Below, piece by piece: positions 18,921 to 28,401 of a stretch of DNA of 64,000 nucleotides (positions are counted from its first letter, which is position 1; the number at the start of each line of letters is the position of its first letter). Location of the stretch: NCBI RefSeq assembly GCF_965248315.1, contig NZ_CBDFIX010000001.1, positions 107,618 through 171,617 of the forward strand. The letters are read 5' to 3'. The notes under the pieces are model-generated. The model had not been told where the DNA came from. It made no database searches and worked only from the letters and a program-made list of their open reading frames with translations. Source of the DNA: Ulvibacterium sp. (lineage in GTDB: Bacteria > Bacteroidota > Bacteroidia > Flavobacteriales > Flavobacteriaceae). Position numbers and translations under genes: made by a program.

Positions 18921-19814
18921 TTATGCCGTCAGTTCGGTAAACAAGCTTTCCAAATTTCTGTTCTTTCGGCTTAACTGTAATGTTTTAAGCTGATTGTCAT
19001 GAGCGAAATCGAAAATGGCCGGACGCATATCCTTGGAGGTACTAAAAGTAACTTCATACACAAAACCTCCTGTATTTTTAACCTGGGAAACATGCGGAAG
19101 TTTTTGTAAAAAAGCTTCTTCCACACGGTAATCGAATTCTACCTCGATAACCTGTTCCTCTTCGTCCCGTAAATCGTTCAGCTTCTTGTCGGCGACTAGT
19201 GCCCCTTTGTTCAGAATCAATACCCTATCACAAACGGCCTCTACTTCTTTCATGATATGAGTGGACAACAATATGGTTTTTTCTTTTCCAATTTCTTTTA
19301 TAAGTTTTCGGATTTCAAGCAATTGATTGGGATCTAGTCCCGTAGTGGGCTCATCCAAAATGAGCACATCCGGGTTGTGCAATAGTGCCGCTGCCAAACC
19401 TACCCGTTGTCGATATCCTTTGGAAAGTTGACCTATCTTTTTATGTGCCTCCGGTTGCAGCCCCGTCCGTTCAATAATTTCCTTTATACGATTCTTGTCC
19501 ACCTTATGGAAATCGGCATTAAAAGCCAAATACTCCTTTACATATAGTTCCAAATACAAGGGGTTGTGTTCAGGCAGGTACCCAATACTCCTTTGGACAT
19601 ATTTTTTATCAGTACTAACGTTAAAATCATTTACCATGGCTTTCCCCTCATCTGCTTCATGGTAGGTAGTCAAAATCTTCATCAAAGTAGATTTCCCTGC
19701 ACCATTTGGTCCCAAAAAACCAACGATCTCACCTTTTTTCACATTGAAGGAGACATCGTTCAAAGCTTTTTGGTTCCCAAATGTTTTGGTAATGTTTTTT
19801 ACGACAATGGACAT
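18921..19814 (-). CDS. gldA: ABC transporter ATP-binding protein, GldA-like (gliding motility)
   Basis: MSIVVKNITKTFGNQKALNDVSF... Walker A GPNGAGKST, signature LSKGYRQR, Walker B LILDEP. Resembles flavobacterial GldA. ATG 19814 is preferred over the longer ORF. Confidence 0.7.
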   Translation of the reverse strand: MSIVVKNITKTFGNQKALNDVSFNVKKGEIVGFLGPNGAGKSTLMKILTTYHEADEGKAMVNDFNVSTDKKYVQRSIGYLPEHNPLYLELYVKEYLAFNADFHKVDKNRIKEIIERTGLQPEAHKKIGQLSKGYRQRVGLAAALLHNPDVLILDEPTTGLDPNQLLEIRKLIKEIGKEKTILLSTHIMKEVEAVCDRVLILNKGALVADKKLNDLRDEEEQVIEVEFDYRVEEAFLQKLPHVSQVKNTGGFVYEVTFSTSKDMRPAIFDFAHDNQLKTLQLSRKNRNLESLFTELTA

Positions 19815-19909
19815 TGGTTTCGGTGATTTTCTCCAAAAATATAGCAAATACCATTAAGACCTCCGCATATCTATTAAGATTATTGAAAAAACACGTACTT
19901 GGGGTTCGG

Positions 19910-19936
19910 AACAAGGATTACTGCCTTATCCTTGTT
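19910..19936. promoter_or_regulatory. perfect 9-bp inverted repeat in the gldA / pheA-leader divergent region
   Basis: AACAAGGAT (19910-19918) N9 ATCCTTGTT (19928-19936). A third direct copy ACAAGGATT lies at 19990-19998. Confidence 0.4.
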
Positions 19937-20087
19937 GTTTGCATGACGTGTATAATTCGCATTAAAACTAGATTTTGAAAAATAAATGGACAAGGATTGG
20001 CGTTAATTCTTAGAAAATCAAAAAAAGAGGCGGCATAAACCTGATTTTTAAATTTAATTAGTACATTAGCCAAAGTTTTATAGCATA

Positions 20088-20159
20088 ATGACAAAACAAT
20101 ATTTCTGGAACGGTTTTTACTTTTACTTCTTTTTTAAAGGAAGAAAGGGACTGTTGTAG
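20088..20159 (+). CDS. candidate aromatic-amino-acid leader peptide (23 aa, MTKQYFWNGFYFYFFFKGRKGLL)
   Basis: ATG 20088 to TAG 20157-20159. 10 of 23 codons are Phe/Tyr/Trp, with a run FYFYFFF. It sits upstream of a terminator and the pheA-tyrA-DAHPS operon. Confidence 0.6.
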   Translation: MTKQYFWNGFYFYFFFKGRKGLL

Positions 20160-20185
20160 TATATTGAAAACAAAAATATAATATG

Positions 20186-20216
20186 AAGTCCCGTGAAAAA
20201 CGGGACTTTTTTATTT
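20186..20216 (+). terminator. intrinsic terminator inside the pheA operon leader (attenuator)
   Basis: AAGTCCCG (20186-20193) loop TGAAAAA CGGGACTT (20201-20208) followed by TTTTTTATTT. Only the + strand has the U-tract. It ends 62 nt before the pheA ATG. Confidence 0.7.
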
Positions 20217-20277
20217 CCCATTTTTCATGAAAATGGAATACCTGGAACAGGTCAAGGGAATCGTCAGTTAGTGTATA

Positions 20278-21105
20278 ATGAGTTTGAAAATAGCCATACA
20301 GGGAATAAGGGGATCCAACCACCATCAGGTCACAAGGGAATACTTTGAGGGTGGTGTGGATTTAGTGGAATGTCTTTCCTTTCATAGATTGGTAGATTGC
20401 TTGTTGGATGGTTCTGCGGACAAAGGTGTCATGGCCATTGAGAATTCTATTGCAGGATCTATTATTCCCAATTATGCGCTGGTGTATGACAACGGCTTAC
20501 ATATTATAGGAGAACATTATTTGAACATTCACCACCATTTGATGGCTTTGGAAGGTCAGCAAATTAAAGATATAAAAGAAGTTCGTACGCATCCTATGGC
20601 CCTCTTACAATGTAGGGAGTTTTTGAAGACGCAACCCCATATTAAAATGGTAGAAGATGTAGATACTGCCGAAACGGCTAAGCAAATTATGGAGCACCGT
20701 TTAAAGGGCATTGCTGCCATTGCGCCTCAAGTGGCCGCCGAACTATATGGTTTAAAGATTATTGCCAGCGAGATACAGACCATAAAGAATAATGCCACAA
20801 GATTTATTATTGTAAAAACCAAGAACAAAGAACTCCCCAAGGACGAAATAAACAAGGCTTCCCTAAGATTTGAAACCGACCATAAAAGAGGCAGTTTGGC
20901 AACGGTTCTCAATGTGATGAGCGATTGTAACCTTAATTTGACCAAAATTCAGTCGTTGCCGATAATAGAGACCCCTTGGAAATATGCTTTTTTTGTGGAC
21001 GTCACTTTTGAACAATATGATAATTTTGCCAAGGCCAAATCGCTTTTGGAGATTATGTCCGAAAATTTTAAGGTCATAGGGGAATACAAAAACGCCCGAT
21101 TATGA
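20278..21105 (+). CDS. pheA: prephenate dehydratase
   Basis: 275 aa. PDT domain plus C-terminal ACT domain (TRFIIV..., SLATVLNVMSDCNLNLTKIQS). Confidence 0.9.
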   Translation: MSLKIAIQGIRGSNHHQVTREYFEGGVDLVECLSFHRLVDCLLDGSADKGVMAIENSIAGSIIPNYALVYDNGLHIIGEHYLNIHHHLMALEGQQIKDIKEVRTHPMALLQCREFLKTQPHIKMVEDVDTAETAKQIMEHRLKGIAAIAPQVAAELYGLKIIASEIQTIKNNATRFIIVKTKNKELPKDEINKASLRFETDHKRGSLATVLNVMSDCNLNLTKIQSLPIIETPWKYAFFVDVTFEQYDNFAKAKSLLEIMSENFKVIGEYKNARL

Positions 21106-22247
21106 TACAAACAGCGGAAAGATTAAAAACGGTTGAGGAATATTACTTCTCCAAGAAGTTGCGAGAGGTACGTCAACTTGTAGCAGAGGGCAGACCTATT
21201 ATCAATATGGGTATTGGAAGCCCCGATTTAGATCCCTCACCAGAGGTGGTGAACACGCTTCAGAATGTGTTGGGGGAATTTGGCGCGCATCAATATCAAA
21301 GTTATCAGGGATTACCTGAATTAAGGCACGCCATGGCTGATTTTTATCAATCCAAATTTGGGGTTGCCCTGGACGGATTAAACGAGATTTTACCATTGAT
21401 GGGTTCCAAAGAAGGAATAATGCACATCAGTCTGGCTTTTTTGAACGCCGGGGATAAAGTACTGATACCTGATCCGGGCTATCCTACCTATACTTCGGTC
21501 ACTAAACTGGTAGGTGCCGTTCCTATAAAGTATGACCTGACGGAAGCCAACGAATGGTTGCCGGACCTGAAAGCTTTGGAAAGTCAGGATCTCTCCAAGG
21601 TAAAGCTAATGTGGATCAGCTATCCGAACATGCCTACAGGAGCTACCATAACACATGAAAAAATGCTGGAATTGGTGGCATTCGCCAAGGAAAATCAGAT
21701 TCTATTGGTCAATGACAATCCATATAGTTTTGTGTTGAACGAACACCCCACAAGTATTTTACAGGTAGAAGAGGCCAAGGAGGTGGCCTTGGAACTTAAT
21801 TCATTGAGCAAGACCTTTAACATGGCAGGCTGGCGTGTGGGTATGGTAATGGGCAGCGAAAGACATATAAATGCCGTATTGAAGATAAAAAGCAATATGG
21901 ATTCGGGAATGTTCTATGGAATTCAACAAGGTGCGGTAACGGCATTGCGAAGCGGAGATGAATGGTTCAAAAAATTGGATGCCGTATATGCATCCAGACG
22001 TCAATTGATGTTCGACTTAGTGGATAAGTTAAACTGCGCCTATGATAAGAATGCTGCGGGTATGTTTGTATGGGCCAAATTACCGGAAGGAAGCAAATCT
22101 TCCGAGGAATTTATTGATAAGGTGTTGTACGATAATGGTGTTTTTATAGCACCAGGCACTATTTTTGGGAGCAATGGTGAAGGTTATATCCGGTTTTCAC
22201 TTTGTGTACAAGAAGATAAGATCAAGGAAGCAATAGATCGGTTTTAG
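21102..22247 (+). CDS. PLP-dependent aminotransferase, class I/II (aromatic/prephenate aminotransferase candidate)
   Basis: 381 aa. PLP-lysine motif SLSKTFNMAGWRVG; ATGA overlap with pheA. Confidence 0.85.
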   Translation: MIQTAERLKTVEEYYFSKKLREVRQLVAEGRPIINMGIGSPDLDPSPEVVNTLQNVLGEFGAHQYQSYQGLPELRHAMADFYQSKFGVALDGLNEILPLMGSKEGIMHISLAFLNAGDKVLIPDPGYPTYTSVTKLVGAVPIKYDLTEANEWLPDLKALESQDLSKVKLMWISYPNMPTGATITHEKMLELVAFAKENQILLVNDNPYSFVLNEHPTSILQVEEAKEVALELNSLSKTFNMAGWRVGMVMGSERHINAVLKIKSNMDSGMFYGIQQGAVTALRSGDEWFKKLDAVYASRRQLMFDLVDKLNCAYDKNAAGMFVWAKLPEGSKSSEEFIDKVLYDNGVFIAPGTIFGSNGEGYIRFSLCVQEDKIKEAIDRF

Positions 22248-22302
22248 AAATGAAAAAATGGAACTTTCCTGTATTGATTTGGAAAAGTCTAACAGCTAAA
22301 AA

Positions 22303-23160
22303 ATGAACATATTCGTTATAGGTATAGGTTTAATTGGAGGCTCCTTTGCAAAGGATATAAAAAGATTACGTCCCGACTCGAAAATTTTTGGGGTGGATAC
22401 CGATATGTCCCATCTAGACGAAGCCCTGTCGTTGGGTATAATTGATGAAAAATCCGGTTATCAGGGTCTATCTCAAGCGGACGTGGTCATTGCGAGTATT
22501 CCAGTGGATGCCTTGGCAGAGAAATTACCGGAAATTTTGGATGCCGTTAGCGATGATTGTGTAGTCTTTGATGGCGGATCTACCAAAAGTTTGATTTGCA
22601 AAACTTTAGAAAACCATCCCAAACGCAGGAACTTTTTGGCCTGTCACCCCATTGCCGGAACTGAGTTTTCCGGTCCATCAGCAGCTATGGAAGGCTTATA
22701 CAACGGTAAGACCAATATCATCTGCGAAGTGGAAAAGACCGCCTTTAAATTGCAGGAACGGGCTTTGGGACTATTTCAGGAAATGGGCATGCGAATCCGA
22801 TATATGAATCCCTTGGCTCATGACCGCCATATTGCCTATGTATCACATTTATCGCATATCAGTTCATTTATGTTAGGTAAAACGGTAATTGAAAAGGAGA
22901 AAAACGAAAAGGATATTTTTGATATGGCCGGTAGTGGATTTGAAAGTACGGTGCGTTTGGCTAAAAGTTCCCCGGCCATGTGGACGCCTATTTTTGAACA
23001 GAACAAGGAAAATGTAGTTGAAATATTGGAGGATTATATCCAAAACTTGGAGGCGTTCAAAGAGCTCCTTTTGGAGAATGATTATAAGGGCGTTTATACT
23101 GAAATGGATAATACGAATAAAATAAAGGAAATATTAAAAGGAATACCACTTAACAAATAA
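22303..23160 (+). CDS. tyrA: prephenate dehydrogenase
   Basis: 285 aa. NAD site IGIGLIGGS, conserved HPIAG and DRHIAYVSHLSH. Confidence 0.9.
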   Translation: MNIFVIGIGLIGGSFAKDIKRLRPDSKIFGVDTDMSHLDEALSLGIIDEKSGYQGLSQADVVIASIPVDALAEKLPEILDAVSDDCVVFDGGSTKSLICKTLENHPKRRNFLACHPIAGTEFSGPSAAMEGLYNGKTNIICEVEKTAFKLQERALGLFQEMGMRIRYMNPLAHDRHIAYVSHLSHISSFMLGKTVIEKEKNEKDIFDMAGSGFESTVRLAKSSPAMWTPIFEQNKENVVEILEDYIQNLEAFKELLLENDYKGVYTEMDNTNKIKEILKGIPLNK

Positions 23161-23164
23161 TAAC

Positions 23165-24247
23165 ATGGAGAATACAAAGGAATTGAGAAAATGGTTGGAC
23201 GATATGGAACTGCCACATCCATTGGTGATTGCCGGACCCTGCAGCGCTGAAACCGAGAAGCAAGTATTAAGGATTGCCCATGATCTGAAGGATACGGATG
23301 TAAATTATTATCGTGCTGGTATATGGAAACCTCGTACCCGTCCTGGAAATTTTGAGGGTGTGGGCGCATTAGGCTTAAAATGGTTGCAGAAGGTAAAAGA
23401 GGAGACCGGGTTAAAAACAGCTACCGAAGTTGCCAACAGAAACCATGTGGAGCTGGCCCTGGAACATGATATTGATTTGTTGTGGATAGGTGCCCGTTCT
23501 ACCGTGAGCCCATTTATTGTACAGGACATTGCTGATGCCCTGGAAGGGACGGACAAGATTGTTTTAATAAAGAATCCGGTAAACCCCGACCTTTCATTAT
23601 GGTTGGGTGCCGTAGAGCGTTTGTACACGGCCAACATTAAAAAGCTGGGGGTTATCCATCGAGGTTTTTCGACCTATGAAAAATCCAAATATAGAAATAT
23701 TCCGGAGTGGCAATTGGCCATTGAGTTACAGACCAAATTTCCGGATTTGCCCATTATTAACGACCCATCCCACATTACCGGAAAGAGGGACATGATCTTT
23801 GATGTTTCCCAAACCGCACTGGATCTAAATTTTGATGGATTGATGATAGAGACACACTTTGATCCGGACAATGCATGGAGTGATGCAGCACAACAAGTAA
23901 CACCCAAAAGATTGGTACAAATTATGGAAGATCTAAAAATTAGAAAGGAGACCGATAAGGAGGCAGAATACAATAGTAGGTTGAATAACCTAAGGGCCCA
24001 AATAGATATTATCGATAATCAATTGATCGATATGCTCGGAAAACGCATGAAGGTTTCAGGTGGCATAGGGGAACTTAAAAAGCAACGCAATGTAGCGGTG
24101 CTTCAAACCAATCGGTGGAACTCCATTTTAGGAAAAATGATTTTGGAAGGTGAATCCAAAGGATTGAGTGAGGAATTTGTGTTAAAAATGTTCAAGGCCA
24201 TCCATCAGGAATCCATAAACCATCAGGAAAAGATCATCAATGCCTAA
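23165..24247 (+). CDS. bifunctional 3-deoxy-7-phosphoheptulonate synthase (type I-beta) / chorismate mutase
   Basis: 360 aa. KDO8PS-like DAHPS barrel (IAGPCSAE..., DPSH) plus a C-terminal AroQ chorismate mutase segment (LRAQIDIIDNQLIDMLGKRM). Confidence 0.85.
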   Translation: MENTKELRKWLDDMELPHPLVIAGPCSAETEKQVLRIAHDLKDTDVNYYRAGIWKPRTRPGNFEGVGALGLKWLQKVKEETGLKTATEVANRNHVELALEHDIDLLWIGARSTVSPFIVQDIADALEGTDKIVLIKNPVNPDLSLWLGAVERLYTANIKKLGVIHRGFSTYEKSKYRNIPEWQLAIELQTKFPDLPIINDPSHITGKRDMIFDVSQTALDLNFDGLMIETHFDPDNAWSDAAQQVTPKRLVQIMEDLKIRKETDKEAEYNSRLNNLRAQIDIIDNQLIDMLGKRMKVSGGIGELKKQRNVAVLQTNRWNSILGKMILEGESKGLSEEFVLKMFKAIHQESINHQEKIINA

Positions 24248-24264
24248 AACAGTTAAAAGCGAGT

Positions 24265-24308
24265 GAAGCAATCTGTTCATTTGGTTTCTAAAACGTACAG
24301 ATTGCTTC
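24265..24308. terminator. 12-bp hairpin between convergent genes
   Basis: GAAGCAATCTGT (24265-24276) / ACAGATTGCTTC (24297-24308) with a 20-nt loop and no strong U-tract. Confidence 0.45.
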
Positions 24309-24378
24309 GCCCTTATACTTTGTTGTATTTTCCTAAAAGTAAACTTTTAAGCCTCAGAGAAGCTTATACAAAAGCTTA

Positions 24379-24822
24379 TTAATCCTTTTTAAAGACATAC
24401 CGGGTAATAAAGATGCCTTGGCCGTCCTTATCCCCCGCATCGGATTCAACGGCACTCGATACAAATACCAATTCCCAACCATCAGCCGCCATTGCAGTTA
24501 ATTTAGAGGAAGTAACCGCATCATTGGCTGCAATATTCTGAAAACGGATTCCAGCGATATTGTAAAAATTTAGAAGCTTTGTTTCCTCAAAGTTTTTTAC
24601 CCGAATATTCCCTCGTTTGGACTTGTTCCTTGTGTTATCCTCTTCCGTCTGTTCTGAAGTGTATTCGGCAAAATCCTTTTCTTCTTGGGCGTCAATAATT
24701 CGAGACCGGCCTATTCCGCTTGGCACAATGGATTCTACACTGGTTATTATCTTATATTGTTGGGCGTGGATTTCAAAGGTTGCAACAATGGCCAGACAGA
24801 TAATACATAGACTTTTTTTCAT
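24379..24822 (-). CDS. hypothetical exported protein
   Basis: Signal peptide MKKSLCIICLAIVATFEIHAQ; no family recognised. ATG 24822 is preferred over the TTG at 24828. Confidence 0.5.
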   Translation of the reverse strand: MKKSLCIICLAIVATFEIHAQQYKIITSVESIVPSGIGRSRIIDAQEEKDFAEYTSEQTEEDNTRNKSKRGNIRVKNFEETKLLNFYNIAGIRFQNIAANDAVTSSKLTAMAADGWELVFVSSAVESDAGDKDGQGIFITRYVFKKD

Positions 24823-24927
24823 TTTCAATATGATTTAATTGTTAGAATTTGCCCAAAGATACCGCGAATCTTAAAATTAAAAATCGGTATTTTTGCGCGG
24901 ACTATCCATGATGAATTTTTAGATGTA

Positions 24928-25881
24928 ATGACGGGAGTTGTATATAAATCTACAGGGAGCTGGTATACCGTCAAAACGGATAGCGGAGCGTTCTATGAAT
25001 GTAGGATAAAAGGAAAATTTCGCATTAAAGGTATCAAAAGCACAAATCCGGTTGCGGTCGGGGACAAAGTGAAATTCGAGATAGAACTAATTGGGGACGA
25101 AACCATCGGAATTATTTCTGAAATCGAAGACCGGAAAAATTATATTATTCGAAAATCCGTAAACCTCTCCAAACAGACCCATATCATTGCCGCTAACTTA
25201 GATCAGGTCTTTTTGATTATTACTTTGAACAACCCGGTAACCCACACCATTTTCATAGACCGTTTTTTGGCGACTGCCGAAGCTTATGACATTCCAACCG
25301 TTTTGTTGTTCAATAAGATGGACAGTTATGACAGAGAAGAGTCGGCCGAGGTAAGATATTTGATCGACCTCTACCAAAATGTGGGATATACCTGTATCGG
25401 CATATCCGCAAAAACCGGAAGAAATGTCGATCAGGTCAGGGAATTGATGCTCAATAAAACCAGTATGTTCTCGGGTCATTCGGGAGTAGGCAAATCTACC
25501 TTGATCAATAAATTGGAACCTTCTTTGAGCATTAAAACTGCCGAAATATCCGAACAACACCTTCAAGGACAACACACTACAACATTCGCAGAGATGTTTG
25601 ATCTGAGTTTCGATGCACGCATTATTGATACACCAGGAATAAAGGGTTTTGGTATGGTGGATATGGACAAAGATGAAATTGGGGATTACTTTCCCGAATT
25701 TTTTAAGCTAAAGAAGAATTGCAAATTCAACAACTGCTTGCATCTGGATGAGCCAAAATGTGCGGTCAAGGAGGCCTTGGAAAAGGGTGAGGTATCTTTG
25801 AGTAGGTATCGAAGTTATGTACAAATGGTTACAGGACAGGAAGATACGTACAGAATGGACAATTATGGAAAAGTGGACTAA
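24928..25881 (+). CDS. rsgA: ribosome small-subunit-dependent GTPase A
   Basis: 317 aa. P-loop GHSGVGKSTLIN and C-terminal zinc finger CKFNNCLHLDEPKC. Confidence 0.9.
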   Translation: MTGVVYKSTGSWYTVKTDSGAFYECRIKGKFRIKGIKSTNPVAVGDKVKFEIELIGDETIGIISEIEDRKNYIIRKSVNLSKQTHIIAANLDQVFLIITLNNPVTHTIFIDRFLATAEAYDIPTVLLFNKMDSYDREESAEVRYLIDLYQNVGYTCIGISAKTGRNVDQVRELMLNKTSMFSGHSGVGKSTLINKLEPSLSIKTAEISEQHLQGQHTTTFAEMFDLSFDARIIDTPGIKGFGMVDMDKDEIGDYFPEFFKLKKNCKFNNCLHLDEPKCAVKEALEKGEVSLSRYRSYVQMVTGQEDTYRMDNYGKVD

Positions 25882-25923
25882 ACGGAATATGCCTTTTTTA
25901 GATGGAAGGGTTGGAATTGGAGT

Positions 25924-26376
25924 ATGAGAGCAGTGATTCAAAGAGTATCGAAGGCCAGTGTAACCGTAGAAGGAAAGGTGGTTTCAAAGATCGATGAAGG
26001 TCTTCTTGTATTATTAGGAATAGAGGACAGCGACGGGAAGGAAGATATTGAATGGCTATCACGTAAGATCGTAAACCTCCGTATTTTTAACGATTTAAGA
26101 GGGGTAATGAATCGTTCGTTGCTGGATATTAATGGCACTGCTCTGGTAGTCAGTCAATTTACCTTACATGCATCCACCAAAAAAGGAAATAGGCCATCTT
26201 ATATAAAAGCCGCAAAACCTGATGTTTCCATTCCCTTGTATGAAAAATTCGTGCAGCAATTGGAAATGGATCTAAATAAAAAAGTAGGAACGGGAATCTT
26301 TGGTGCCGATATGAAAGTAGAATTATTAAATGATGGTCCTGTAACCATCATTATGGACACAAAAAACAGGGAATAA
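25924..26376 (+). CDS. dtd: D-aminoacyl-tRNA deacylase
   Basis: 150 aa. MRAVIQRV..., SQFTL, GPVT motifs. Confidence 0.9.
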   Translation: MRAVIQRVSKASVTVEGKVVSKIDEGLLVLLGIEDSDGKEDIEWLSRKIVNLRIFNDLRGVMNRSLLDINGTALVVSQFTLHASTKKGNRPSYIKAAKPDVSIPLYEKFVQQLEMDLNKKVGTGIFGADMKVELLNDGPVTIIMDTKNRE

Positions 26377-26458
26377 GGTACATTTGTCGATTTTGTAGTG
26401 GATAAATGTAAGAAATTTTAGTACTTTACGTTGTAAGTTTCAACCCCGACCTAAACCA

Positions 26459-28375
26459 ATGCGCCTACTACTACTTCTTACATCCTTTTTTCTGGTATGT
26501 ATCGTTTCAGCACAAAAATCCAACTATCAAGCCCTTTTATTGGATAAAACCCTTGTAGAAAATGCAAATGCCGTGGTTCGCCTCGATGAAATGAAAATAC
26601 ACGTGGAAGCCAGGAATAGAATGGTATATACCGTAAAACAAGTAGTAACGGTTTTGAACAAAATGGGCAATAGATATGCCAACCCCCGTGTTTTCTACGA
26701 CAGTGACAAGAAGATAAAGCACATAGAAGCCTATGTGTACGATAAAATGGGGAAAGAAATAGAACACCTAAAGAAAAGGGATTTTCGGGATGTTAGTGCT
26801 GCGGATGGTATTTCTCTTTATATAGATGATAGATTGCTTGCGTATTCCTATACCCCAATACAATATCCTTACACTATGGAATTTTCCTATGAAGTGGAGA
26901 CCATTGATACTGGGGTTTTTCCCGCGTGGTACTTTTTATCAGGATATTTGGCAAGTGTGGAAAAGAGCCATTATGAAATTACCTACGCCTCAAGCGACTT
27001 GAAACCGGTCATCAAAGAATACAATTTAGATGATTTTCCTATTGAAAAAGAAGAAAGGAATGGCCGTATCGTTTATACCGCCCAACACCTTCCCTCCGTA
27101 AAAAGTGAGGCACATAGTCCGGATTACAGTAGCTTGGTACCAAAACTTTTGGTAAGATTGGAACATTTTCACTACAAAGGCTTTGATGGAGACGTGGATG
27201 ACTGGAACCAATTGGGAAAATGGGTCAACAATTCACTTCTAAAAGGACGTACAGAGCTTTCGGAAGCAACCCGAACCATGGCCAGAAATCTGGTGAGCGG
27301 TATTGAGGATGATTTGGAAAAGGCGAAAGTAATTTATGAGTATGTGCAGGACAATACTAGATATATAAGTGTTCAGATAGGTATTGGAGGTTTTAGACCC
27401 ATTAGTGCCATTGAGGTGGACCGTGTTAAATATGGGGATTGTAAAGGCCTCTCCAATTATACCAAGGCTCTTTTGGAGGCAGTGGGAGTGGATTCTTACT
27501 ATACGGTAGTGGAAGCGGGCCCCAGAAAAGTGGATTTTGAGGAAGACTTTGCAGACCTACGACAGGGCAACCATGTTATTTTGGCCATTCCATATGGGGA
27601 CAAATACTATTGGATAGATTGCACTTCCCAAATTCATCCTTTTGGTTTTGTCGGTGACTTTACTGACGACCGCAAGGTTCTTGTAGTAAAGCCGGAAGGA
27701 GGTGAACTCGTATCCACGGTCGCATATAATAACGAACAGAACCATCAATTGACCAAGGCAAAATTTAACGTTTTGAAAGATGGTGCAATATCTGGTAAAG
27801 TTGTTATTGCTACTGAAGGCGTGCAGTATGACAATCGTTTCACCTTGGAGGAAAAGTCCAAGGACAAGATTGGCAAGCATTATAAGGACTATTGGAGCGA
27901 GGTGAATAACCTTAACCTTCACAGCTACAAATTTGATAACAATCGTGAGGAAATTCGATTTACAGAGGAGGTAGAGGTCTCCGCAAAAAATTATGCTTCC
28001 ATCAGTGGGGAGAGAATTCTGTTTGCTCCCAATGCCTTCAATAAGAATAGTTATGTGCCTCAACGTTATAGAAATCGGAAATTACCCTTGGAAATACAAC
28101 GAGGTTTTTTGGATGAGGATGTATTTGAGATAGCTATGCCCAATGGATATGCAGTGGAAGCTCTTCCGGAAGATGTAAAGCTTGAAACTCCATTCGGCAC
28201 TTATACCATGGAACTTAATTATAATTCAGAAACCAATACCTTAAATTACAAACGTAGTTTTTTCCTCAAAAAAGGGACACACCCCAAGGAGGAATATGCG
28301 AATTACCGCAATTTTAGAAAGAAGATTGCTTCAGCTGACAATGCCCAAGCAGTAATTGTCAAAACCAATCTTTAA
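26459..28375 (+). CDS. DUF3857 + transglutaminase-like domain protein
   Basis: 638 aa with a signal peptide. Transglutaminase-core Cys in KYGDCKGLSNY. Confidence 0.75.
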   Translation: MRLLLLLTSFFLVCIVSAQKSNYQALLLDKTLVENANAVVRLDEMKIHVEARNRMVYTVKQVVTVLNKMGNRYANPRVFYDSDKKIKHIEAYVYDKMGKEIEHLKKRDFRDVSAADGISLYIDDRLLAYSYTPIQYPYTMEFSYEVETIDTGVFPAWYFLSGYLASVEKSHYEITYASSDLKPVIKEYNLDDFPIEKEERNGRIVYTAQHLPSVKSEAHSPDYSSLVPKLLVRLEHFHYKGFDGDVDDWNQLGKWVNNSLLKGRTELSEATRTMARNLVSGIEDDLEKAKVIYEYVQDNTRYISVQIGIGGFRPISAIEVDRVKYGDCKGLSNYTKALLEAVGVDSYYTVVEAGPRKVDFEEDFADLRQGNHVILAIPYGDKYYWIDCTSQIHPFGFVGDFTDDRKVLVVKPEGGELVSTVAYNNEQNHQLTKAKFNVLKDGAISGKVVIATEGVQYDNRFTLEEKSKDKIGKHYKDYWSEVNNLNLHSYKFDNNREEIRFTEEVEVSAKNYASISGERILFAPNAFNKNSYVPQRYRNRKLPLEIQRGFLDEDVFEIAMPNGYAVEALPEDVKLETPFGTYTMELNYNSETNTLNYKRSFFLKKGTHPKEEYANYRNFRKKIASADNAQAVIVKTNL

Positions 28376-28401
28376 AACCCAAACCTCCCAATATTTTAAT
28401 C

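Noticed and set aside
20183-20230. Second mini-ORF MKSREKRDFFISHFS as the leader peptide
   Set aside because: It starts inside the terminator hairpin itself and has only 3 Phe. The upstream 23-codon ORF with the FYFYFFF run fits an attenuator geometry much better.
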